From Chrysomallon squamiferum (lineage: Eukaryota > Animalia > Mollusca): a stretch of DNA of 64,000 nucleotides. Of this stretch, positions 31,455 through 44,737 are shown piece after piece. Numbering within the stretch: the first letter of the stretch is position 1; each line of letters opens with the position of its first letter. The DNA is taken from NCBI GenBank assembly GCA_012295275.1, contig CM022669.1, positions 1,364,001 through 1,428,000 on the forward strand. Direction: 5' to 3'. The notes below the pieces were generated by a model, which was not told the DNA's origin, searched no databases, and saw only the letters and a list, made by a program, of their open reading frames with translations. The translations under genes and the position numbers were made by a program.

Positions 31455-32570
31455 GCAGCGCTGTGTTTCACTACCCGGTTTTCACTACGCTGTGTTTCAC
31501 TACCCGGTTTTCACTACGTGGTGTTTCACTACGCGGTTTTTCACTACAAGCAGCGCGGTGTTTCACTACGCTGTGTTTCACTATGCGGTGTTTCACTACG
31601 CTGTTTCACTACGCTGTGTATCACTACGCGGTGTTTCACTACGATGTTTCACTACGCTGTTTCACTACCCTGTTTCACTACCCTGTTTCACTAAGCGGTG
31701 TTTCACTACGCTGTTTCACTACGCTGTGTTTCACTACGCGGTGTTTCACTACGCTGTGTTTCACTACGCTGTTTCACTACGCTTTGTTTGACTACGCTGT
31801 GTTTCACTACGCTGTTTCACTACGCTGTGTTTCACCACGCGGTGTTTCACTACGCTGTTTCACTACGCGGTGTTTCACTACGCTTTGTTTGACTACGCTG
31901 TGTTTCACTACGCGGTGTTTCACTACGCTGTTTCACTACGCTGTGTTTCACTACGCGGTGTTTCACTACGCTGTTTCACTACGCGGTGTTTTACTACTCT
32001 GTGTTTCACTACGCTGTGTTTCACTACGCGGTGTTTCACTACGCTGTTTCACTACGCTGTGTTTCACTACGCGGTGTTTCACTACGCTGTTTCACTACGC
32101 GGTGTTTTACTACTCTGTGTTTCACTACTCTGTTTTCACTACGCTGTGTTTCACTACGCGGTGTTTCACTACGCTGTTTCACTACTGTGTTTCACTACGC
32201 GGTGTTTCACTACGCTGTTTCACGCGGTGTTTTACTACTCTGTGTTTCACTACTCTGTTTTCACTACGCTGTGTTTCACTACGCGGTGTTTCACTACGCT
32301 GTTTCACTACGCTGTGTTTCACTACGCGGTGTTTCACTACGCTGTTTCACTACGCGGTGTTTTACTACTCTGTGTTTCACTACTCTGTGTTTCACTACGC
32401 TGTGTTTCACTACGCGGTGTTTCACTACGCTGTTTCACTATGCTGTGTTTCACTACGCGGTGTTTCACTACGCTGTTTCACTACGCGGTGTTTTACTACT
32501 CTGTGTTTCACTACGCTGTGTTTCACTACGCGGTGTTTCACTACGCTGTTTCACTACGCGGTGTTTTACT
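31455..32570. repeat. 13/15-bp minisatellite (GTGTTTCACTACGCT/G) with higher-order ~43-bp grouping
   Basis: Directly visible; explains the overlapping 425-aa, 256-aa and 219-aa ORFs. Confidence 0.95.
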
Positions 32571-32811
32571 GCAGCAGTCTCTCTTCTGGATATCGTCGTA
32601 TTCTGTTATCGCGGTGCTGCAGTCTTGCTTGTGCGAGTAATGTAGTCGGCGCCGTGAAGACGCGGTGTTGCGTGTTGATCCTGTCGTTCATCAGATGAAC
32701 TTCTCCCTCGGGAAACATCGGCAACATAATCAACAAGAAACCTCACTCCGCCGTGACAAGTTTAAAACGTTACATCCATCGTGCAAATGTTTTTAGTTTC
32801 CTTATTACTAC

Positions 32812-32914
<103 letters not shown>

Positions 32915-33892
32915 TTTACTTCATTGTTAACTCTATATATTATATAAAGGGCTCAGTTGCAAAAGTTCTTAGATCCATTTGCAAAAAAAAAAAAAGTTTG
33001 ATGCACAAACTGATAGTGATTAACCATTACTTCGTGGCGACAAACCTAATTAGTTGTAAAATCTTTGAAATCCATTTGTAAAGGACCAGTGAATTTTTAC
33101 TGATGATGCAAAGGGACTTACATCATTTTCATTTATTTATTTTTTTATCTTTTTTTGTGTGGCTTTTTTGACGTTTTCTATAAATTAGGAAAATGGTCTA
33201 TAAGCCCATTTTCAAATAAACTCTTATTATATATACATTAATAAACAGATAGATAAAAGAGACATACACTATTTATTTTATTTTTCTGGTCGGGTTGTTT
33301 GATTATATTTTTAAAATTATTTTCTTTTAATACATTATTAATTAATTTATTTTAGTTTGTTTCGTTTACATAGTTTAAAAAAAAAAAAAAAAAAAAAAAA
33401 TTTGAAAGTTATATATTTAGGTAAGAAACAGAAAAAAAAACTATTTTGGAACATGAAACTCATTTACAGAATATCGGTGGAAAGGCAAGGAAGGGAATAA
33501 GTAGGTGAAAAAATAATCACTCGAGAACGAAGACAAGAACAAAGCAGAGAATTCCTGCAGAAGTGAAATTAGTTTTATTATTTTCAGTCGTCATCCGCTG
33601 CTTGTCACGCAAACATAACACACGAGACCAGGCCTCGCCCCGCCATCTCGCGCTGACATTCTGGCGTGCGACTGTACTTCGCCCGGCGCGAGCGATCTCC
33701 GATAAAACCGCTAATACGGAAAATTACGAACTTTATGATCGTTTTTTAAGACGCATTAACTATTTTTAATCCGACAGATTGATGCCTTTTAGATTGCAAT
33801 TATGGTAGGAACGACAACAACAACAAGAGCAACAATAACAATATAAAATGATTTATTAAATTTAAAAAAAATAAAATAATAATAAATAAATA

Positions 33893-33934
<42 letters not shown>

Positions 33935-34054
33935 TAATAATAATAGTTAAAGATAAAAGACAATGACAATAACTATTCTCAATGGTGTACTCATTTTAGC
34001 TAACTTAAAGATCATTAAGATTTATTAAACGTTTTATTTATATACATCTTTCTA

Positions 34055-34093
<39 letters not shown>

Positions 34094-34111
34094 AAGTTTT
34101 ACTATTTTTAA

Positions 34112-34158
<47 letters not shown>

Positions 34159-35854
34159 TTAAGTTATTTATTATACTCTTTTATATCACTGTTGTTGCTG
34201 TTGGTGGTGATGTTACTGTTTTGTTGTTAATAAATATATTGTTCATCTTTTATCTTTTTAAATCATATCAAAGGGGATAAATTAAGCTAAACTCGGGTGA
34301 AAAAAAAAAAGATCACATGACAAACATTGGAAAATTCTCATCGATAGACAGATTAAACTGATTTTAAGCAGTCTTTTGAAGTTTTCCAATTTCTCAATTT
34401 TTTTTTTCTATCGCGACCATTTAGGAATTTATTAAAGCGATGTGTTGTGTTTCCGAGAGTGATATTATTGCGTGTCACGTCGCGTGTATTGGCAGACACG
34501 TTCTGGCCTATGTGAGACCGTCTGAGAGACAGAATGTTATTGGAAATTCACATTAATACAGGCTCTGCTTATTTGATGACGACAACACACAGCACTTACT
34601 TTAATGGGGATCACTACGGCTTTGACGTGGATGTCTTCAGTTAAAATGAACGTGCAGAAACACACAAAGATATGCATAGATTATAGACACACACACACAC
34701 ACACACAGGCTAACACACAAATACACACAAGTAAACTACATATACACACATAAATACACAGATGCAGACATACAGATACTCATACGCTTTGAGACATAAC
34801 GTGTATAAACATTCTCACATGTACATTCTTTATTAATCTGTACAAACACACACGATTTCGTTGTATTATCTGTGTAGGAACGCGTGTAACTATGCATGTA
34901 TGTATGTTTAGTGATTGTGCATTTTGTGTGCACATGAATAGGTAAATCAAGATGATAGTGTAGTTGTAGTAGTAATAGTAATGATATTTATAATTAACAA
35001 TTTCACAAATACTTTTATATTTTTGTTGTTGGTGGTATTTTTTTGTGCGATTTTTTTTTTTTTTTTTTTTTTTTTTTGTTTTTTTTTTTTTTCCCCCTCA
35101 TTTCGTTGTGTCTCGGGGATATTAATAACGGTTATTGAAAGACGTCAATTTTAGAGATGAATGGAACTAGCAAATCAACAGTCGTTTATCACAAACATGA
35201 AAAAAACTGAACACAGTTTGACGTCACTGGCAATAATTATGGTATTTTTTATTTTTATTTTTGTTATCGTTGTTGTTGTTTTTTTTCACCATCTTTTTCT
35301 TCTTTTCGTTTTATATTTTTAAAGTTTTGATTCTTTGTTTTTTTTCTTTATTCTTTATTTAAAGTGATATTTTACACCAGAATAACAAATAACAAATAAC
35401 AAATAATAGTAATAATAAAGCAAGAACAGAAAAAAAAAAAAAAAAAACAAAAATAAATAAATAAATAAAGTAAAATAAAAAGAGAAGAAAAAGAAAGAGA
35501 AGAAAAAAGAAGAAGAAGAAGAAGAAAGAATCAGCTTCTTCCTTATTTTCACAAGTAATATATTTGTGATGATGATTAAAAATGAAGACTGTAAGTTATT
35601 ACAAGGGTTTTCCACGCAGAAAACCGGATGCAACATTTTCAGTGGTTTGATTACAGACTTGGAGAGTATCCAGTATTATCTGCTTCTACGAATGTTACGT
35701 AATAGTAGTTTATTTTTCAGTTTGGTGTGTTTTTACTCATTCTAAACCGAACTCTTCACTGATGTATTTATTTATCTTTGTTCTTGGTTAATGAGCCATT
35801 CACTACAAAGTGTGACTTGAAGATTCACGTCTTCTTTAGTTTCACTGGTCTGGA

Positions 35855-36203
35855 TACAAACAGTGGAGAAAATGTTTATCAGTTAATTAATAACAGATCC
35901 AGTCAAACAATAGAGAACATCTTTATCAGTTAATTAATCACTGATCCAGTCAAACAATGGGGTAAACGTTTATCAGTTAATTAATAACAGATCCAGTCAA
36001 ACAATAGAGAACATCTTTATCAGTTAATTAATCACTGATCCAGTCAAACAGTGGAGAAAATGTTTATCAGTTAATTAATAACAGATCCAGTCAAACAATG
36101 GGGTAAATGTTTATCAGTTAATTAACAACAGATCCAGTCAAACAATGGGGTAAATGTTTATCAGTTAATTAACAACAGATCCAGTCAAACAGTGGAGAAA
36201 ATG
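35855..36203. repeat. 47-bp minisatellite A (ATCCAGTCAAACAGTGGAGAAAATGTTTATCAGTTAATTAATAACAG)
   Basis: Copies start at 35897, 35944, 35991, 36038, 36085, 36132 and 36179. Confidence 0.93.
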
Positions 36204-36217
36204 CCACTGCTTAAGGT

Positions 36218-36791
36218 TGAGATCATTTCAGATTAATTAGTCTGTTTAACGTCGACGCAAGATGTGAGATCATTTCAGATTAATTAGTCTGTGTAACGTC
36301 AACGTAAGATGTGAGATCATTTCAGATTAATTAGTCTGTTTAACGTCGACGTAAGATGTGAGATCATTTCAGATTAATTAGTCTGTTTAACTTCAACGTA
36401 AGATGTGAGATCATTTCATATTAATTAGTCTGTTTAACGTCGACGCAAGATGTGAGATCATTTCATATTAATTAATCTGTGTAACTTCAACGTAAGATGT
36501 GAGATCATTTCAGATTAATTAGTCTGTGTAACTTCAACGCAAGATGTGAGATCATTTCAGATTAATTAGTCTGTTTAACGTCGACGCAAGATGTGAGATC
36601 ATTTCAGATTAATTAGTCTGTTTAACGTCGACGTAAGATGTGAGATCATTTCATATTAATTAGTCTGTGTAACTTCAACGTAAGATGTGAGATCATTTCA
36701 GATTAATTAGTCTGTTTAACTTCAACGTAAGATGTGAGATCATTTCAGATTAATTACTCTGAGTAACTTCAACGTAAGGTGTGAGATCATT
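36218..36791. repeat. 47-bp minisatellite B (TGAGATCATTTCAGATTAATTAGTCTGTTTAACGTCGACGCAAGATG)
   Basis: 13 occurrences of GAGATCATT at 47-bp spacing, from 36219 to 36783. Confidence 0.93.
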
Positions 36792-39658
36792 CCAAAACTT
36801 TAATATTAAAAACATGTCGATATTTTACACAAAATAAAATAAAATAAAATAATGAACTGTAAGTTGAAAAGGCACCAACGTTGGAAAGACACTGGAAAGA
36901 GAAAATGAAGCGTTGACTCAAGATCTTGGAGACATGGCGAGATCGATGATAAAGTTATATCTCTTTCACTGTTTCCGACACAAGAATTGGAGATAAGGAA
37001 AGTCATGAATAATCTGATTATGAAACATGTATTTTATGTTGATTACAACAGTCGACTTCATTTCCTATTGATTGGCAGTGATAAACAAGTCGCGCTGCTC
37101 TCCAGATATCGCTTGTCTGCCTGGGGAATGGAAAGGGGAAAGAAGACATTTTTTTTTTTTTTTTTTTTTTAAATTATACAACAAAGATAATAAAATCTAC
37201 CCCCCCCAAAAAAAAAAAAAAACAACAACAACAACAACAAAACAAAAACAAGAACAAACACAAACTGAAAGACAAAATATCGCAACAATTCTTAAACTTC
37301 ATGTCTATCTGTGTGTGTTAAAAATTATAATTTTATAATCACTATTATTATTGTTGTTGTTTTATCATTTAACATACACAAATAAATATATATATATATA
37401 TATATTAAAATAAATAAATAAAAAATACCACTGAACTGTAATTTTATCCAGAACCTAACTTACAGATAACAAAATCATTATCAAATACAACAGCAAAACA
37501 TGAATTTCGCTGAAGCCGTCTGCAACTTGCGTTGCTATGGGCAACCATATTGAGTTAGACAGCGCGGTAACTGATTACAAAATGATGTTTCCTTGTGGCC
37601 GTTTTCTGAAGGGAATTCCAGTGTGCAAATTTTGAATAAACGTTAAGAAGTGGATACTGCAGCCATTAAACTGTTTTCTTTTATATTATTAATGCTATAC
37701 GTTCGTTTTCAGCAGTCTGCTGGGTGTATTTTATTTGTTTTTATTTTACGTTTGATGTATTATTATTATTATTGTTGTTATTGTTGTTGATATTGTTGTG
37801 TCGTTATTATTATTATTATAAATAATACTAACCTTATTAATGAAAATTTGAAACAGAAAATTAAGAAAGAAAAATTATTTTTAAAATGGTGGCGATTTCA
37901 AACCTTTATAACAAGAAAATCATCTGATCTTTAACCTGGTCTTTGCTGTGTACAAAGTTTTAAAAATAAACCAACACAATATACACAATAACAGTGAAGA
38001 ATGTAACAAAACAAACACACAAATAAATAAATGCACGTGAAAGCATGACAAATCAACTGGTGTTTGTATCAGCTGGTAAACAGTATTACTTTTATATTGT
38101 GTATTTGCACTTAATTTAAATATAGTCAACATTAACACTCTTTTGAGTAACTGTTTAAATCTAGAGCTTCACTAATATTAGTTTTGGGGTCAGCTTACAG
38201 AAAAGCAAAACTGCTGATATGCACAAAACCCTTCTAGAAAAATGAATTACACACATGTTCAAACTTTCTGGTTAAATGAGAAACTACAATAGACAAGACA
38301 AAAATACTAATTCTACCGATTTTAAAATTGATAATAAATGTTTTATTATAAGACATATGCTTATTTTTAAAAGATGTTTCCTAATGCCAACTGGCTTTGA
38401 TACATTGCATTTGGCAAACAATATAACTTTTGACCACAATTTACAGTTTACAATGTCTTGATATTAGCAGTTAAAAAAATATTAAAAATTTTCTTTCCTT
38501 ACAGACCAAGTAAAATTAAGAATACCAGGAATTCCTGACTAGAAGAGCTGATTAATATAAAAAAACTCTACAAGGATTGAATAACAGAAACTACTTCAGA
38601 ACATAAAACAAATGCAAAAATAAAATAGCAGCATAATTTTGGTATAGAGTTCTGTAACAACTAGTAGATAAGTAGAGATCTTCTGTTCAAGCTAACTACA
38701 GACACAGGGCTTAGATATTTTCAATATAAGATATTGTTATCTTAACAAAAAATAAGCATTTAGTATTATATGGTATAAAAGTTTGAGATAAAATTGAATT
38801 TTGTCATATGTTTAGTGAAGGTTTAAATCACATTTTTAAGTTATGTAAACATGTTCAGACATGAACTCTTGTATATTTTTTTACCATAACATACAGTTTG
38901 TATTTAGTTATGTCACAAATAATTACTATGTGTAGATCATATTTATAGTTTGTTTTTTTACTGATAATTTGTGGAGATTTCTATATTTTAACATGCATTA
39001 GCATGTTTAAGTTTATGCTGTATATTAGTGTGAAAACAAAAATATAATAAAAATATAATACAAATTAAAAAAACAAAACAACAAAAGAACAATAAAAAAC
39101 AAACAAACAAAAAATCCCTCAACAACAAATAACAATGTTTGTGTTTTACTTTAACCAGCAAGAATACCTTCTGGTCATTAACATTTCTTTCCACTGCAAA
39201 CCAGAAACCTACATTCAACAAACGAAGCATGAAATTTGTCAAACAAAACACACAAACAATATATTTTCAATATATAATCCAAACAGAAACACAAACTAAT
39301 TAAAGTGCCCACAACTTATTTTTATTGAATAATATTTAATACAATTTCCAAACATAACAATTGTGTTAATATCTGTTAACTCACAAGAAAAAAAAAAATA
39401 TATAACACTAACCTTTAATCAACCTCATTTAAATAATAACATAAAACAATTTACCTCTGTGTCTGTTATTAACCTAATTTACAGATAAACCAGTATTATG
39501 TACCTGGTTGACTGTCTCTGTCTGTCTCTCTCTCTCTCTCTACCTCTACATACAACTGTATACATACATATAGGGGACAACTGTTTACTGTCTTTAGACA
39601 TCAGCTTTATCCTACAAGGTGTGAATTCTGAATTGCAGTGAGATTGTGCCAAGCATTT

Positions 39659-39755
<97 letters not shown>

Positions 39756-41389
39756 CATTTATTTTCCATAAGTTTCACATATATAACCAAATATCATCTG
39801 TATAATAACATGTCGAGTGCCATATAAATTATTAATAATAATAATAAAAACAAAAAAAATTAAAAGCAATTTTTTTTTACACACACACACACACACACAA
39901 GGTATGGATATGTTTATATTCATAATATAAAAAGGTAGATTCAAGATTTAATATACATGCATTATTAATTTTTTTTTTTTTTTTTTTTTAAATTTTGTTA
40001 TAAATTATTCTATAACCCACACATTTTGCATAGCTGGCCCAGCAAATCTACAATATTAAACAGTGTAATGTTTTCTCCCAACTGAGAAGCTAGGTGAGAA
40101 AATCTTTTATAAATATATTATAATTTCCTCTTGCTTAGATGTTGTTGTTCATGCAACAGCTGCAAATAAATAAATAAATAAATAGATAGACAGATTTAGA
40201 CACAAAAATGTACACACAAACACAGCATAATATGCACATCATTAAAATTCAAAAATATACACAAATGTAAACTTAAAACTTAAAATTAAATTAGAAACTA
40301 AAAGGGTTTCTTATGAAAAGTGTGGGGGTTTTTTGTGTGTTTTTTGTTCTTTCTTCACTTTTCCCACCATGTAAAACCGTGACAGTGTTCTGTCTCGGGC
40401 AGACAGACAAAGAATACAATAACTGTTGAGTATCACGTATGTTGTTAACACCAGCTTTACGTTATTCTCTTTACTTATTATAAAAAGTATTAAGAAAATA
40501 TGCATTATGATTACTGATCATCTATGAATATACAGATATTAATTTAAATTTATATATTCATTCCTTTTCTTCTTGTTAACTTCAAAAAACTAACATTATG
40601 AAATTTTTATTTATTTATTTATCCCTTCAAACATTAATATGGTTCATTTACTCCTTCAAAATTCAATTAAATTTATTTTCTTATTTGTTTTCAATTTATT
40701 AAATATGAAACAATTTATAACTTTCTGAAAAATTAAAAAATAGCAGTTAGGTTTCAAGTTTTTGTTTTTACTGTAACTTTGGCAAGTACAGAGATATTAC
40801 AAAAGCAAATTATGAACAAGCTTCTGCTGGTGTTACTAACATCTGATAATCTGTGTGATTCAAAACTTTGCAACTTCAAAAATGTGTTTAATATTTAATG
40901 TGATCTGTGACAACTCATACTTGTGTGACATTTTGCTCTTTCAACAGTACATCACTACACCACTTTGATGTTTTAAAACATCACCTTCTGAATGTCAGCA
41001 ATTCATTAATAATTGAACATTTCATATAACATTACACAACTTAATATCAAAGCCTGCATCTTTTTAATTAGTTACTGAAAACTGATATTTCAGTATCCAG
41101 AACAGCAATGATATCTATTAACAGCAGTAATGAATGTTTGATATGAAAGAAAAAAAGTTTACAAAACTGATTAGCACATTAGTGTGATTGCCCACAGAAA
41201 CAAATCAGATATAGTAGCTTTTCATAAAGCTGTTGATAAATATTAAATTATCCAGTATCAGGTGCATGGAGAATTGAACTTGCAAACATTTTCACTTGAG
41301 ATTGAGTGAACTGAAATGAAAAACATCTGTACATCTGCTTCTCTCACATCTCTATTTCCAGTTCCTGGCAGTACTCCACACAGACTGTC

Positions 41390-41648
41390 AACACCAAATA
41401 TCAGGATGTAGATAACTGACAATATCTGACACCAAGTAACAGGATGCAGGTAACCAACATTGTCTGATGTCAAGTAACAGGATATGGATAACTAACAGTA
41501 TCTGACATCAAGTAAGAAAACATGGATAACCGACAGTGGCTGACATCAAGTAAGAGGATATAGATAACCGACAGTGGCTGACACCAAGTAAGAGGATATA
41601 AATAACTGACAGTGTCTGACACTAATTAACAGGATGTAGATAACTGAA
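41390..41648. repeat. ~38-bp degenerate minisatellite just downstream of the COG1 stop codon
   Basis: GGATRTAGATAACYGACAGTRKCTGACAYCAAGTAASA, about 7 copies. Confidence 0.8.
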
Positions 41649-41746
41649 CAGATTATTAGACAAATCTAGAAAATTGAATAGATTTTTGTAAAAAAAGGAA
41701 CATGCTACTGAAGAAAACTGAAGTAGGAATGCAGTGACTAACCTGT

Positions 41747-43276
41747 TTATTTGTTTTGTAGCTTTGAGAACCAGCTTGAGCCCATTGAGCCCAGTTTGTC
41801 GTACAGAGAGCTGCTCAGCTCAGACTGAGACGATGACTTTGGCAACACTGCCTCAACAGCCTGAGTCAGTGACACATTCGCTGTGTCCAAACCCTTGAAA
41901 ATACAGCATAACTACAATGTTATTTACACGTTTCTACACAAACCTTACTTACACGTACCACTATAAATGCTTTTTAGTATATTACTTCCGTATTTAGTTT
42001 CTGCTGTGATAAGAGAGGAACTCACCCGAGACATGGTTTGTGAGAGAACAGCAGACGTGATGGAAGGTCTGTTCTGCTGGGAACTGAGAGGAAGAAGAGG
42101 AAATCGCGTCTGGCAGTTGGTCAGTGGAAGGACGTTGTGTTGTTCCTGGTGTCCTGTCACTGGCCCTCGGCCTCCCAACAACACAGCCTGCCTGTCCAGT
42201 GAGGCCAGAATTCCAAATATCACCTGACATTACATTTAAAACACTGTCACACATCCAATATTACCTGACATTACATTTAAAACACTGTCACACATCAAGT
42301 ATTACCTGACATTACATTTAAAACACTGTCACACATCCAGTATTACCTGACATTACATTTAAAACACTGTCACACATCCAGTATTACCTGACATTACATT
42401 TAAAACATTGTCACACATCAAGTATTACCTGAGATTACATTTAAAACACTGTCACACATAAAGTATTACCTGACATTACATTTAAAACACTGTCACACAT
42501 CCAGTATTACCTGACATTACATTTAAAACACTGTTACACATCAAGTATTACCTGACATTACATTTAAAACACTGTCACACATCAAGTATTACCTGACATT
42601 ACATTTAAAACACTGTCACACATCAAATATTACTACAGTATTACATTTAAAATACTGTCACATATCAATATTACATTTAAAATATATCAGATATCAAATA
42701 TTACTACAATATTACATTTAAAATATTGTCAGATATCAAATATCACTTTAATATTATATTTAAATTACTGTCAGAAAATCAAATTTTACTACAATACTAC
42801 ATTTAAAATACTGTCAGGTATCAAATAGTACTACAACATTACATTTAAAATACTGTCAGGTATCAAATACTACTATAATATTACATTTAAAAAATATCAT
42901 ATCAAATATTACTGGATATTACTTTTCAAATACTGTAATATCAAATATTACTACATTATGACATTTAAAATATGAATATGTCAGATATCAAATATTACAT
43001 TTAAAATATGTCGGATATCAAATATTACCTAACATTACATTAAAAATGCTATTAGATATCAAATATTACCTAAAACATTAAATTTAGAATACTGTGAAAT
43101 CTCTTTAAAATGTTGTCAAATAATATCTATATAATAGTCTTAAATATTACATAAATAATTGAAATTTTAAAAAATATTCTGTAACATTACTATAAAACAT
43201 TATCGAATATTAACATTGCTAAATAAACTGTTAATGCAGCTATCTAAATGTTACTTGTTTACGGTACTGTAGGGGA

Positions 43277-43316
<40 letters not shown>

Positions 43317-44698
43317 TTCACACATTTTTTAGTAGGTAATAAGCAAACTATCTGCCATTCCTCTAGAAATTCTGTTACTTAATTTTATAACATTTTTGTA
43401 ACACTAGAAATATTTGTAATAAACACTCACTGAGTTACGCTGGACTTGTTTCATCAGGTTTGAGTTGAGGTACGGAGAGAACACATCGAGATCAAACGGA
43501 TCAACAAACTGTTCTAGTGATTCACACACAGACTGAGTCTTCTTGTGATAGGCCTTGTTAGTCTGAATGAACAAAACTAATGACTCTTTAAACCAAAACA
43601 CAGCTTGGCTTATAAGCAGCAAAGCAATATTAACACATGAGGGTATTAGTATTAATATGATCAGAATACTGTACTAAACAGGAGGAAGGTTACATTTCTC
43701 ATATTGTGCTTTGTTCTGTTCTGAATTCTTGTCTCACCGATTCTCAGTCATTGACATAGTATCTTTGTAAGACACTGTTACAGTAAGTAAACCACAGTGT
43801 TTGTAACATGCACTTACAAATGGTAAACAATGAAAAATAATATGTACACCTTATTTTAAGAATTTCAGCTATTTAAATTATGACTGATAAACCATAGGTG
43901 TGTTAAAAACACTGAATGAACATAAAACGAAACTAATTAGAGATAAAATATAAAACAACTAGAAAGCTAACCTCATTTTCATCTTTGCGGGGATGATATA
44001 GAGAATAAACCTGTAGTTGAAAATGTGCTGTAGAGCTTGGTGCTGAGTCAGGAGCAGACAACTCCCTCTAGATTTCTTTTTTGCTTTTGCATTTTTGACA
44101 AGTTGTTGATAAACCACAAGAATTCCATCAGTCACTTGTTGTATGAGTTCATGTATCACAGACCTGCATTCACAAAATTGTTAAATAAAAAAATAAACCA
44201 AAAAAAATGAAAAAAATAAATAATAATAACCACACAGAAATGTAAACAAATAAGTAAAATTATTTTTCTGGTATATGGAATAAGAATTTTTTTTAAATGA
44301 TTAAGTCTGTAACACAAACAAGCTATACTTGTAAAGAAACAGAAAAAGTTTATGAAAGAAGTTCTGTGTACATTTTCCCCACAGAAAAAAAGAACTGGAC
44401 ATTCTACTTTTAAAATGGCCCTCACTGACACCCTGTCTGTTACAAATCAATCAAACTACAGCCAAGATGCACAGAGTTAACATTTCACAACAAACCTGGG
44501 AAGAGCATGACCTCCAATCCGGTTCAAATCCCTGCACATGCTACAAATCATAGTCTGCACATAGAAAGATGCCTGAAAATGTAAATAATTTTAAGAATAT
44601 ATTTTTACAAAGCATTTTGTAAAGAAAGTATTGTTAAGTCTGCTATCTCTCAGTGGAAACTGCTTCATACCAAACATTGTGAAAACTTTTAAAGTATG

Positions 44699-44737
<39 letters not shown>

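Noticed and set aside
31421-32698. 425-aa ORF and overlapping FHYAV/CFTT ORFs
   Set aside because: All frames are open only because the 13/15-bp repeat lacks stops on this strand. No domain, splice or codon evidence.
42805-42865. AATACTGTCAGGTA resembles miR-8
   Set aside because: It is part of the decayed 41-bp repeat, the 3' half does not match, and there is no hairpin.
43735-43775. Possible microexon that would fix the COG1 exon 25/26 phase
   Set aside because: It contains an in-frame TGA with either candidate acceptor.
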